Positions 27,173 to 39,721 of a stretch of 64,000 nt of DNA are shown in pieces. A program made the translations under genes and the position numbers. The notes under the pieces were generated by a model, which was given only the letters and a program-made list of their open reading frames with translations, searched no databases and was not told the origin of the DNA. The first letter of the stretch is position 1. Each line of letters starts with the position of its first letter. Where the stretch lies: contig NW_021836290.1 of assembly GCF_006345805.1 (NCBI RefSeq), positions 62,001 to 126,000 on the forward strand, written 5' to 3'. Source of the stretch: Octopus sinensis (Eukaryota).

Positions 27173-27904
27173 AATATATATGTATGTTTGTATATATGTT
27201 TGTGTGTCTGTGTTTGTACACACATATATATATATATATATCTTTTTTTACTCTTTTTATGTGTTTCAGTAATTTGACTGTGACATGCTAGAGTACCGCC
27301 TTTAGTCGTGTAAATCCACACCACCACTTATTCTTTGTAAGCCCTGTACTTATTCTATTGGTCTCTTTTGCCGAACCGCTAAACATATTAGTTCGACGCT
27401 CGGGAAAAATGATAAAGTTCTTCACGTTTCGAGCCCATGCTCTTCATTAGAAAGGAATAAGGGAAAATAAACAGTGAGAATGAAAAAAAACTTGTATATT
27501 TCATCGGTCCAACATGGCGAATGAGTGGGGCTAATCGTATAGTGGTGTGTGTGGTGTTGCTACTGAAGATTCTGTGTGGGTATGTGGATAATAGTGTGTG
27601 GATGTGTGGATAATGGTGAGTGGTGTGGGTGCTAGGAGAGTTTGATGCTAGTGTGTATGGAGTAGGAAGGTGATCGTGGGTGAGCGTGTAATGGTGTATG
27701 AAGTGAGTAATGAGCTGCGCAGTGTGTATGCATGTTTATATAGTGTTTATATGTGCGTGACGGTATATGTAGGGGTATGCAGATGTGTAGGTGAAGGTGG
27801 GCAGTTGAATGTAGGAATTGTGTGGAAATCCATGTGGGATTGGTGTCAGATGAAGAGAGGTAGTGAATTGAGCTCACGCGACGCAAAGGACCGAAGAAAG
27901 AAGG

Positions 27905-28127
27905 CCGCAAACTGGCAGAAATATTAGCACGCCGGGCGAAATGCTTAGCGGTATTTCGTCTGCCGTTACTTTCTGAGTTGAAATTCCGCCGAGGTCGACT
28001 TTGCCTTTCATCTTTTCGGGGTTGATAAATTAAGTACCGATTCTCACTGGGGTCGATGTAATCGGCTTAATCCCTTTGTCTGTCCTTGTTTGTCCCGTCT
28101 ATGTTTAGCCCCTTGTGGGCAATAAAG

Positions 28128-28130
<3 letters not shown>
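27905..28130 (+). mobile_element. tRNA-derived SINE, family B, near-complete
   Basis: Same motifs as 19177-19360, with tail tccctttgtctgtccttgtttgtccc..gggcaataaagaaata into (TA)n. Confidence 0.8.
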
Positions 28131-28222
<92 letters not shown>

Positions 28223-29099
28223 CACACAGAGAGGAAGATAGCGAGTGAGAGAAAAAGAGAAGGAGAGAGTGAAAAAGGGATGGAGAAAGTATTTTACTAG
28301 CGATACACTGTCGGCTGATAGACCTAATCGGACAATAATCTTTAACAATCGACAGAAGGAATTATCGGTTGTTTCAAAATAAATTCAACACATTTTGAGA
28401 ACTCGTATGTAAACAAACTCGCACATAGATGCAGAATCATACACACCTCCACTTATACGCATAAGTTTATGTATGTGCGTATGCATGTGCGTGTATATGT
28501 ATCTATGAAGCAATACACTTTTGGATTTTATTTTTTCCCCTTTACAGAATTCTAATCAGTTACTAACAAAGATATTTGGGTATGTGCTTATCTAAAATGT
28601 TTGGTATGTGTAATTAACTGGAATTAGTAAGTGATGTTGGTTATACAATTGTCATTTTTTGTTGAACTTCTTTATTATGCCATAAGGTAGCGAACAGGCA
28701 GAACATTTTTAGAGCATCGGAAAAAATGCTTAGCGGCATTTCTTCCGGCTGTTTACACTTTGACTTTACATCCCACCGAGGTCAACTTTGCCTGTCATCG
28801 TTTTTGCGTGTGTCTATGCGTGTGTGAGTGTGAATAAACTTATACTCGGGTGATATGTTTGCATGTCACTTTTAGTACATAGGTTTATGAGTTTCAATAT
28901 TGTTTATGTTGTTAACAAGTTTGGATATTCCATATAGGTGAGTTCACGCATGCGTGCAGCTCAGAGACCTCAAATGAGGAATTGCTAGAATGTTTCATAT
29001 ATTCTTACTTCACATTAACTCTAATTGATTGTTTACTCTGTTATACTTTAGAGGACCCCAACATTTCAAAAGTTTTATACAAACCTGTTGTTACCTAGC

Positions 29100-29750
29100 C
29101 CATGATAATAGGTAAAAATGAAAATCTATAGCCTGGATATTTGAATTGTTGGTTTCTCATCAGTTCTCCTGTACTGTTTTTCTTTCCCCAATTTTTAATG
29201 AGACGTGCACTTCCATCGGACTTTGGTCTCTACTACAGAACATGGCCACTGTTTCCTCTCCCATACAACTATATCTCGCTTTTTGTGCTTTTACTGTGTT
29301 GCTATCTTTATTGGAATGTTCCACTTGCATTCTATATTTTAAAAGTTGTGGATACTTCCATGTTGCCTTTGATATGGCCATTAGGACAACCTTTCGTGTG
29401 TGTGGTACTGCGGACAGTCTTAGCGACAATATTATATCCTATGGAAAGGTATCTTGCGGAAAATTTTTGATTATCACTGATGGTATGGAACTATCAACAC
29501 TTTTATTACAGAATGAAAGTTTAGAGGCACGTTATCACTTTTGCTGATTTGGTATTTAATAGCCACTTCTTGTTAGATAGTAAAGTCACAGTCTTCTGGA
29601 AAGGATATTGTTGGTATTCTCTAACTGGCAGGATATGTACTTATGTATAAATTTTTGCTAGTATGGTGGGTGTTTATCTTCAAAGTTCCTAATTAAAGTC
29701 AGTCCAGCCACTTTGGTTCAGTACCTAGCTTAATCTCCTGATGCTATTAC
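29100..29750 (-). mobile_element. Possible very old Penelope-like RT thumb/linker fragment
   Basis: Only weak frameshifted similarity (VPLNFHSVIK, IIKNF) to the thumb region of Penelope-like elements. Confidence 0.25.
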
Positions 29751-30206
29751 TTTTATTGTTGATTATAAACAGGGTGTTCAGCAAGTGTAGATTAAATATG
29801 TATGCGTATGTATTTAAGTAGGCATGTATGTGTCTATGTAAGTGTATGTATTTCTGTTAACTCATAGCGGCTATATACAAGCCTTCAAAAATCAAAACTG
29901 ATTATATCCACCCACTAGATTTCATTCATCTTGGAAAGATGAAAAGTAGGATTAACGTTGCTGGGATTTAAACTCCACTGATCAAATAACTAAATCATAC
30001 CACAATAGATTTTGTTCGATGCTCTACTGTTTCTCTGTCTAAAATTTTTCTCTTCTGATCAGTGACTCCGCTAGAGAACGTTAACCTTTCTAAGTAGAGT
30101 GAAGTGAGATTGAATGTAGAACCTCTTGATTGTGAAGAGAACATCTTTGTCATACAGCTATGACAATACATACATACATACATACATACATACATACATA
30201 CATACA

Positions 30207-30237
<31 letters not shown>

Positions 30238-31183
30238 GTAGGTAGGTATGCATGTATAACATCAATTCCCTTGATTTATAAATCTAAAGATATCGGAAAA
30301 AAAGTAGAAGGGTTAATGTACATTTTAATTCCTCCACACAATTCCTCTCAATTCATCTCCCTATTATTTTGTTATTGCTAGCAACAGCATTTCCAGCCCC
30401 TTTACAATAAAAATGGGGTCCACTTTATATGCCTGAATGATAAATCGAGTAAAAGAAAAACCTGCGAAGTATGCAACAAAATTCATTCACTGAAAATATC
30501 TGAAAGAAATTCCATCTAAATTTTGTACTTTAGTTTTTGTTGCGTTTCACAGATATCAGTATGTCGGGAAGAATTTGTTTTGTTAGGATATGGTGGTGAT
30601 GTACGGTTAGGGTGGGCGTGGTGGTTCTTTTGAATATGTGTTAGTGCCTAAGTAAATGAGGAGGTGGGGGGGGGTAGGTGAGTAACATGTTTTCCGATTG
30701 CTCTTTCCTTTCACTGAACCATAAATAGAGTGGGCGATGAAGAAGAGATGTTTGACTGTGAGGAGAAAGGAAGCTCTTGCTGCAGATGAAGATGATGCTG
30801 ATACTTGTAGTTCTGATAATAACTGTGGCTGCGATAATGATGTTGACAGTGATGATGGTGGTGGTGGTGGTGGTGGTGATAACAATGACGGGGGTGACGA
30901 CGATGATCATAATCATCATCTTCATAATCAGCATCACGAACGTGATGATGACCATGATTAGTATACTGATGATGATGGTGGTGGCGATGGTAGCTGCTGT
31001 ACTAAGTTTGTGATGATGACGATAATAATGGTTGAGGTATTAGTGTTTAATGGTATAGAGATGGTAATGTTGTCGTCAGTGGTTCTGATGATGATGTAGA
31101 CAACCAATAATGTGTGTGCGCGCGCGCGTTAGAATCGAACAGTGAGAATGAATGCTCAACATTGCAACTGTGGACAAATATTC

Positions 31184-31225
<42 letters not shown>

Positions 31226-31479
31226 TCAGAGATTTTAGAATTCATATGGTATGATTATATTTATCGCATAGCTTATGACGGTAAATTTATCAATTCCCAG
31301 AGCATAAAAGAAGTTGAAATCTGTGAGATGTGAGCATAAAGTAACATAAATTAATGCTACCATACACTTTTCCCGGCGCTTTAACAGTTATACTGTGCAC
31401 CACTCTCATAGTGAAAACATTAATAAAACTAATGGGGAACTTATCCCAATATCAAGATCTAGAAGCAGATATAAACCGA

Positions 31480-32640
31480 ACGTAAGGACTCAAAACAGAA
31501 ACGATCCCTAAAACGTTGCGTTTCATGGGAATAATTAAATACAGAAAATACACCTCATGAGTATTCTGCTCATTATTACTTCAGTAGAACTGAAACAACA
31601 CAAACATAAAACACTGCTCATACCCAAGGCACACAGAACTGTGTTCGGCAGTGCAGTGAAAGCACTCTTTATAAATAAGACTACTGCAAAAGTTGAGTTT
31701 TCCGTAATCATGTTGCTGGCCACTTTCATAGAGTGGAAAGCAAAAAACGTGAGGAAATAGGAAAATCTCCGCACCAAAATTATGAACGTCAAAGTATCTA
31801 GAATTGCCGTCAAGTTACCATAATGAAAGATTTTGCAACAATTTCAAGAGCTGAAGATTTTGGATATTCAATTTGAAAGTGAATTTCCTGGTTTCAAAGA
31901 AAGCTCGTTTGCTTTCCATAGCAAGGACTATAAGAATGGAACTAGATATCTAAGGTTGCCGGATGTAGCTTTAAATCTAATAATCCAATATCTGCAGAAC
32001 AACCACGAAATACGGATTATACTTAAATAAAAACATAAAGGGATACTGAATTTCTTTATTTCTTTTTCTTTTAATATAATTATAATCTGCAGACTTCAAA
32101 GCTGAGACGAAATGGTTTTTGAATGTGACCCGATCAAACTTTTTCCATCAACAACCACAAAAACAAATGTAAGAATTTTTTTGTGTAGAATATACAGAGG
32201 TAGATGAGAAGGAATTAACTAGTTTGAATTCTCAGTCTCTGATAAAGCAGATTACATCTATAGACACGACGGACTTGGGACTACGCCAACATGATGAAAC
32301 ATCAACAAAGACTATATACGAGAAAAGATCTCATCATATTTTGGGATAAGTCAATCCATATAACGAGGTGATCAAGTCATATCAATCTGATATTGCTGTA
32401 AAGAACCAAGAGAGAGGAAGCGCCTTAAAATAAAAGTACAACTCACGATAAAATATCTCTGAAAGAAATGGAAAAATGATCTAAATACAAAAATCTGAAA
32501 ATAAAGACGATCAGAATTTGGTGACTGAAATAAAAATGAATCTTTATAATATTAGGTGCCTAACACTAGGAGGCACTGCACATGCTGTGTTGTATCTTCA
32601 AGGAAGCCAATAAATATAAAACAGAAGAATGCTGTTGTGA
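31480..32640 (+). mobile_element. Highly degenerate R4-like 3' (RLE) remnant
   Basis: Fragments such as IFWDKSIH..KSYQSDIAVKNQE resemble ILWDMPIHTDREIKANRPDIVV of the 19835 ORF. Confidence 0.45.
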
Positions 32641-34060
32641 GAGGAATGGCAACACAGCAACAACAATTCTTAAAGCCTAGTGCCTAAACTGATAAAGGGA
32701 CTACAGAATGTCATAGTACCATGATAGCAATAAAAGGCCCTTCATTTCTAAAACCTAAAGAAGATTGAAGTAAATATAAGTCAGAAGAGAGTAAAAACAG
32801 TACTACCTAAAACGAGACATATTTAGAATGAGCGGTTTCAAAACAGAAATATTCTCTCTAAGTAACTCACTCAAAATCCAACAACGTATTTATGCAAAAC
32901 AGTCGAAAACTAACAAATCTAGGCAGTGTTTACATATTGCAAGAATAATTTCCATGCAATAACATTTCTGGATATGTTGTTCATATTACAAAGAGTACAA
33001 CTGGACTTACACATAAACCACACAGAGAAAATAACACTGCCATGTATCTTGTATCCGTCTTTTACTTGTTTCAGTCATTAAAGTTCGGTCACGCTGGAGA
33101 TCAAGATTGAAGAAATCTAGTCGAACAAATCAACCACTTATTTATATTTTTAAAGCTTGGTGCTTATCCTATCGGTTTCTTTTGCCCAATCGCTAGCTGA
33201 CGGGAATGTAAACACACCAACACTAACACACATACACACATTCGTACACACACACACACACACACACATACATACAGGCTTCTAATTTCCGTCTACTAAA
33301 TCCACTTACAAGGATTTGGTCGATCCGAGCCTATAGTAAATGAGAATTGCCCAAGGCGTCATGCAGTGGCACTGAACCGAAACTTCTTGCCATACAGCCA
33401 TGCCTGTGCCTATTTATTGTATACATATTGCATAGAATGCACGTGGATAGATCCAATGGTCAGAAAAATGAATTACTGGAGTGTATCTTCAATAATAAAA
33501 CAGCAATATCAGACATTATGCTTTCTGATGCAGACAACTTTCAATAATATCAACTCTACTTGACACTGGACAAACATGAAAATAATAAAACACAAGACTT
33601 CAGTGTTGTACTTGGTTGTGCAATAAAAAAAGGTTCTGAACTCAAGATTTTTCACATTTTAGTGTGAAGCTTAAAGATATGTTAATTCTTAATGAATTAT
33701 TGATGTCTTAATGTTTCTATTTAAGTATACTATACTATAAAATCTATATATACAGCCTGTTAGTCAACACTGCATGTATAGATGGATGGGAATAAAAGAG
33801 CGAGATTAACCAATTCAATGTCTATATAGTCTTTAATACAGAGGATGACATTACGAATCCTCCTATAAATGCAGACTTTGTGGTCAGCAAGCAGATCTAA
33901 TATCATTTGAGAGACGTCGTGTCACCATTTCGCGTGAATTATCAAGTGGGCGCATTTTTTTTTTTTTTTTTTTGATGAGAGAACTTCAGGAGTCATTGTT
34001 TGGAGAATGTTTTTGGACGTCACCTATGAAACAACTCCCTATTGAACAACGAGTAGTGCC

Positions 34061-34139
<79 letters not shown>

Positions 34140-34151
34140 CGTGCGTGTATG

Positions 34152-34272
<121 letters not shown>

Positions 34273-36137
34273 GAGCAAAGCGCACTCCGTCCAATGGACG
34301 GTGCTGATTTGTCAAACATTTAAACCAAATTTTCTCAAAACAACTTGTCCGACCGTCCCATATGCCTCCCCATTGAGAAACACTGATTTAACCTAAATTT
34401 GAGACACCAGCAAAAGAAGAAATAAAGATAGATTTTTTCTATTCCAAAGAAAAACGATTTTATTCACACAAATATGCAACCGAAGAGTTTAAAGTACTAG
34501 TAAGTACATCGCAACAGCTGATGTACTTGCGCGTACAAATGCACGTTCCCGCAGCTTTATAGGTCGCATTCTCACCTGGAATCGATTTTTGTAATTTTTT
34601 CAAGACTTATACACGACGCCCTCATACCGTCGGTATCTACAAATCAAATTTGAGCGCAATCGATGGAGGATGCTCGAAATCGTAGAATACACACACGCAC
34701 CCCCCCCCACACACACACACAGAACGGATTTTATATAATAGATGTATATCAACCTATTTGAACACTTTAATACTATCATATTTAGCATGGAGAAGACTGG
34801 ACATAATTTACCATGCTTCACGTTCTTTTAGGTTTTTTTGAGCGGGGCAGCTATCAACAGTGTATAATAAACACTATTTGGCTGAACTGTGCCTCTGCTA
34901 ATTAACTGGAATTAGTAAGTGATGTTGGTTATACAATTGTCATTTTTTGTTGAACTTCTTTATTATGCCATAAGGTAGCGAGCAGGCAGAACATTTTTAG
35001 AGCATCGGAAAAAATGTTTAGCGGCATTTCTTCCGGCTGTTTACACTCTGACTTCACATTCCACCGAGGTCAACTTTGCCTGTCATCGTTTTGTGGGTTG
35101 ATAAAATAAAGAGACCCCTACCCCTAAAAGTGCTGCTCTTGTACCAAAATCAAAAAGAATATTACATCAAAATCACGCTCTATACAGCTAAAAGTATTTC
35201 CAGCTTTCTTTTTTAATTTTATGCGACTTATTTTTTGTCCATTTTTTGGTGGTTTCGTCAAAATGGCACTTACTCTTTCAAACATCAAGCTCCCATTCCT
35301 GGATAGATTTGAATATTCAATGACTTTGCTTTTTGTGCAGCTTGTTCCCTACGATAGGATTTCATGTGTCACCTTGTAATACATCTTTTCTTTCGTAAAT
35401 TGCTTGTTTATTGTATGTTTAGTCATTTCTAAAGTGCTATTTTTTCTCCATTTCTGTGAAGGTTTATTTCTGTGAATTAGGTGGTTTACTTTGTGGTGCT
35501 TCCATTGCTTTGAGAGAAGTTATCTTTTTAGCATGAAGTCGATAGTTTTGTTTAATTTTTAGTGGTTATTCTTTATGTGAGTTGTATTCGTGTTTCAAAA
35601 TATTTTTATTAACAATGTATATTCAAATATGTATGTATGTTTACTTTTTTTGTTTTATTCTTCAAAGCGCGTACATATTTTTATAGTGCTCGCGTTTATT
35701 AATGATTATAATATAGGTTCCAAATTTTGGTTCAAGGCCAGCAAGTCAGTGAGAGAACATAAGTCGATTACATCGATTCCAGTGCTCAGCTGGTACTTAT
35801 TTTATCGACTCAGAAGAAGGAAAAACAAAGCCGAATTCAGAACGTACATATATATATTATATTATATTATATTATATTATTATAATCGATGTTTTGACAT
35901 AATCATAATCGTTAAGTTTCTAGTTTGATAATAGAGTTTTTTTATAAGAAAAATTATTATATTATTTATTTCTTAAAAAATACTGTTTAAATATTTCTGA
36001 TTATTTATTAAAATATTACAATTAACCTGAAGATTGACTGTAACCATAATTCGAATTATTAATTGAATTTAAATTATTGTTATTCGAATTGGTTACGGGC
36101 ATGAAACGATCGTAGTGTTTTTACTCTTTATCTTATA

Positions 36138-38010
36138 CTAGCAGAGATACCCGGCGTTGCCCGGTTACATTCAATAGAAGAATTAGACTTTCTGTTATAT
36201 ATATGGATACACACACACACACAAATATATGTATATTAATATAAATACATGAAAGTACATGAAGTTTGTTAAAAAAAAGGGATCATGTATATACCTCCTG
36301 GCTGTTGAGATTATAACACCTCGTTGTAAACAATGTTCCTTGTTTTTCCTTGTGGAGTATATACAAAAAGGTTTCTTTTGGTTCCTACTCTTGAGCAGCC
36401 AACATACAGTTGCCTATGCGAGAAGCAGGGCTCTTCCAAGAGAAGACCAGCTACAGAGAGGGTTTGACCCTGAGATTTGTTAATGGACATGGCAAAGCTG
36501 ACACGAAGGGGGAATTGCAGTCTTCTGAATGTAAATGGAATTTCTGCTCCTGATGGAGTAAGAGGAAATCTTGGAATAAAGACGTCATCAGCTTTTCCAC
36601 ATCCAGAAAGAATGATCGTCTCGATAACGTGTAATATCATTTTCTTTATCACCACTCGTGTTCCATTGCTAAGTCTTGGTGGTTCCAGATTGCGGAGTAG
36701 CATTACAGGAGTTCCAACTTTAAGTGGTAATATGTGTGAAGGTAGTCGAGGAGGATCCAGTGAATTGAGAAATTCAGGAGGATAGTTCACAACTTCATTT
36801 ATATCTGGAATTGTATCAACAGAGTTGTAAGTGTGTATAGTGCCGGGAAGAGAATGCATTAGCTGTTGATTAATTTTGTTAACAGCGACGTTTTTTGGAG
36901 CTAATATTGCTCTTTCACACAGCCAATTGTGATTTTGGTAGTTTTGTGTGAAGTTGGGAAAGACTTTGTTTTTGAGGTCATCTACAGAATTAACAACAAA
37001 GGAAAATGACCACACTTCCATTTGTCCTGCAGCATCGAGAGGCATCTTGCCTTCACCAAGTGTCAAAATGTCCTGTGCAAACTTTGTGGACATTTTGTCG
37101 CCGTGTAACTGAGCTCTCATGTTAGTGGTGAGACTAAAGATTGTAACATGATGCCACAGGGTAGAGGACTTTAGGCATGCTTGAACTTCATCAGCTCTAG
37201 TGCCTTTCGGAATGACAGGAAGAGTTTGCCTGAAATCACTTGACAACAGAAGCGTTACACCTCCCATTGGAGCCTGACAGTCTCGGATGTCTTTCAGGGC
37301 TCTATCTAATGCTTCCAAAGCTCCCTTGTGAGCCATAGTGCACTCATCCCAGACAATTACATAACACATTTTAAGTACTTGTCCCTGATCTGAGCTTTTG
37401 TTGATGTTGCATGAAGGCATTTCGGATGCTGCTAAATTGAGAGGGAGATTAAAAGTTGAGTGTGCTGTCCTGCCACCGGGTAACAAAGTAGCTGCAATGC
37501 CAGAGGAGGCTACAGCTACTGCAATGTCCTGATGCTACCTAACTTCTGCAAGGAGAAGCTTTGTAATAAATGTTTTTCCTGTCCCTCCAGGAGCATCGAG
37601 GAAGAGGATTCGTCCCTCGCGTTGGCGTACACTGTTAAGAATAGTTCTGTAGGCATGCAGCTGGTCCGGAAGTAATTTAGGCTTATTTTCAACAATGTAC
37701 TTTGAAAGCACTTGAGTGTCATAGGTTGTTTCACGAATGACAGCAGTGGGAAGGCTATTTGACCCTGACCTGAATGCTTGTGGCAGACCATACGTCGACA
37801 ATTAATTTCCACCCAGTTTAGCAATTCTGTCTTCAACGTCAATGAGTGTTTTGTTATAGATTTCATTGCTGATACCCTCCATGTCAGGATAGAGCAGTTG
37901 AGCTTGGCGCTGAAGGGGACAATGTTTTTGAGATTCCGGTTCGAATCTAAGGCAGGTTTCAAAGTGTTCCCAACAGTTATTAGTTGTAGTGGTAGAGTGT
38001 TTATGCCGAA
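36138..38010 (-). mobile_element. Helitron remnant with Pif1-like helicase and intact 3' terminus
   Basis: 3' end on the minus strand: hairpin ccgggcaacgccggg followed by tatctctgCTAG|T (CTAG 36141-36138); Walker A DAPGGTGKT; no Rep/HUH domain visible. Confidence 0.9.
36311..37801 (-). pseudogene. Helitron Pif1-family SF1 helicase, frameshifted
   Basis: LFLDAPGGTGKTF (37535-37801), IVWDECTM, SDFRQTLPVIP, LRNLEPP.L.NGTR, RLQFPLRVSFAMSINKSQGQTL, YVGCSRV (36311-37486). Confidence 0.9.
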
Positions 38011-38578
38011 TATGTACGTAAGCATGTATATATATGTATGTATGTATATATGTACAAAATCCACTGAGAAGGCTTTTGTTGGTCTGAAGCTACAGCAGAA
38101 GACACATGCCAAGTCACCACACAGTGGGACTGAACCCAGGACCATGTGTTTGGAACGTAGTTTGTTACCACATAGCCACACCTTCCCCTATGTATGTGTG
38201 TGTGTGTGTGTGCGTATGTGTGTATGGGTAGATATATTATGCATGTATATATGTGTATATATATGTGTACATATTACATGTACATCTATATATATATACA
38301 TCTACACATAAAATACAAAATAGAAAGTTATATCTTGATATCGCGAGTGATAACAATACTCAAAATATATAACAGACTGGAATTGTAAGCCCGTCTCTTG
38401 CAATTTCGATCAATTGGATCTTGTCCTCCCTCTTGTATAGAAGTGTACGGCTGCAGCGAAATTCATTTTTGGACTTTCTTCTATCGAAGGCATTTTAACA
38501 AAAATGCTTCCGTAAAGACGGTGAAAATATTGTCAATTTCCCCAAACAGGGACACAATTCAATTTTTAAACAATAACC

Positions 38579-39721
38579 AAAGACAGTTCGTGGATTCACC
38601 AAAAAAATAGATATGAAATTTGGATTAGAAAAATGCGCCAAAGTAACCCTGAAAACAGGAAAACTAGTTAAGAGTAGCAACATCACACTAGATAAAGCCA
38701 ATGAAATAAGGGAATTAGACCAAAGCCAAACTTACAAATACTTAGGAATCCGATGAACTATGATTTTTCCAAGTAGATTCGATTGGGTCATGGCATATAA
38801 AGTTTTTTCAATTTGACCCCCAATTAAGAAAAAATTCGAGAAAACTCAATATTATACGATTTGCCTCTCTCATTTCAAGTGGTTTACTCCTGCTATTACC
38901 ACCACACTTTCTCCTACTTTCTCTCTGCAAGTGTGAAACTATTAAAGTGAAAGTATTATATAACAGGGATGAGCCATTAATAGTGGTCATCCTTTTTGCT
39001 AGAGGAAGATCCGCTATGGTCTTATATGCTACACCACTGGTTTTCAATTCATATTAATCAAATTAATATTCAATTTTTCACCCTTATTATGTGTGTGTGT
39101 GTTTATTAGCAATTTGTATAAAATTGCATCAATGACTTGAACTTGAATAAGTGGTTTCACATAAATGGGGATAAATTTAAAAGGTTTGTTGTTATTATTA
39201 TTACTGTTTGACTATTGTAATCACGTTTGAATATTAATTTGATTAATATGAATTGAAAACCAGTGGTGTAGCATATAAGACCATAGCGGATCTTCCTCTA
39301 GCAAAAAGGATGACCACTATTAATGGCTCATCCCTGTTATATAATACTTTCACTTTAATAGTTTCACACTTGCAGAGAGAAAGTAGGAGAAAGTGTGGTG
39401 GTAATAGCAGGAGTAAACCACTTGAAATGAGAGAGGCAAATCGTATAATATTGAGTTTTCTCGAATTTTTTCTTAATTGGGGGTCAAATTGAAAAAACTT
39501 TATATGCCATGACCCAATCGAATCTACTTGGAAAAATCATAGTTCATCGGATTCCTAAGTATTTGTAAGTTTGGCTTTGGTCTAATTCCCTTATTTCATT
39601 GGCTTTATCTAGTGTGATGTTGCTACTCTTAACTAGTTTTCCTGTTTTCAGGGTTACTTTGGCGCATTTTTCTAATCCAAATTTCATATCTATTTTTTTG
39701 GTGAATCCACGAACTGTCTTT
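38579..39721. repeat. 495-bp inverted repeat with 153-bp spacer
   Basis: 38579-39073 is the reverse complement of 39227-39721 (no mismatch seen by eye); identical ORFs on opposite strands in the track confirm it. Confidence 0.95.

Noticed and set aside
30590-31100. Asp/Gly-rich ORF (30737-30961) and similar strand-skewed tracts at 25720-26170, 27540-27890 and 49840-50150
   Set aside because: Decayed (GAT)/(GGT), GT-rich or purine-rich simple repeats with no domain or splice evidence.
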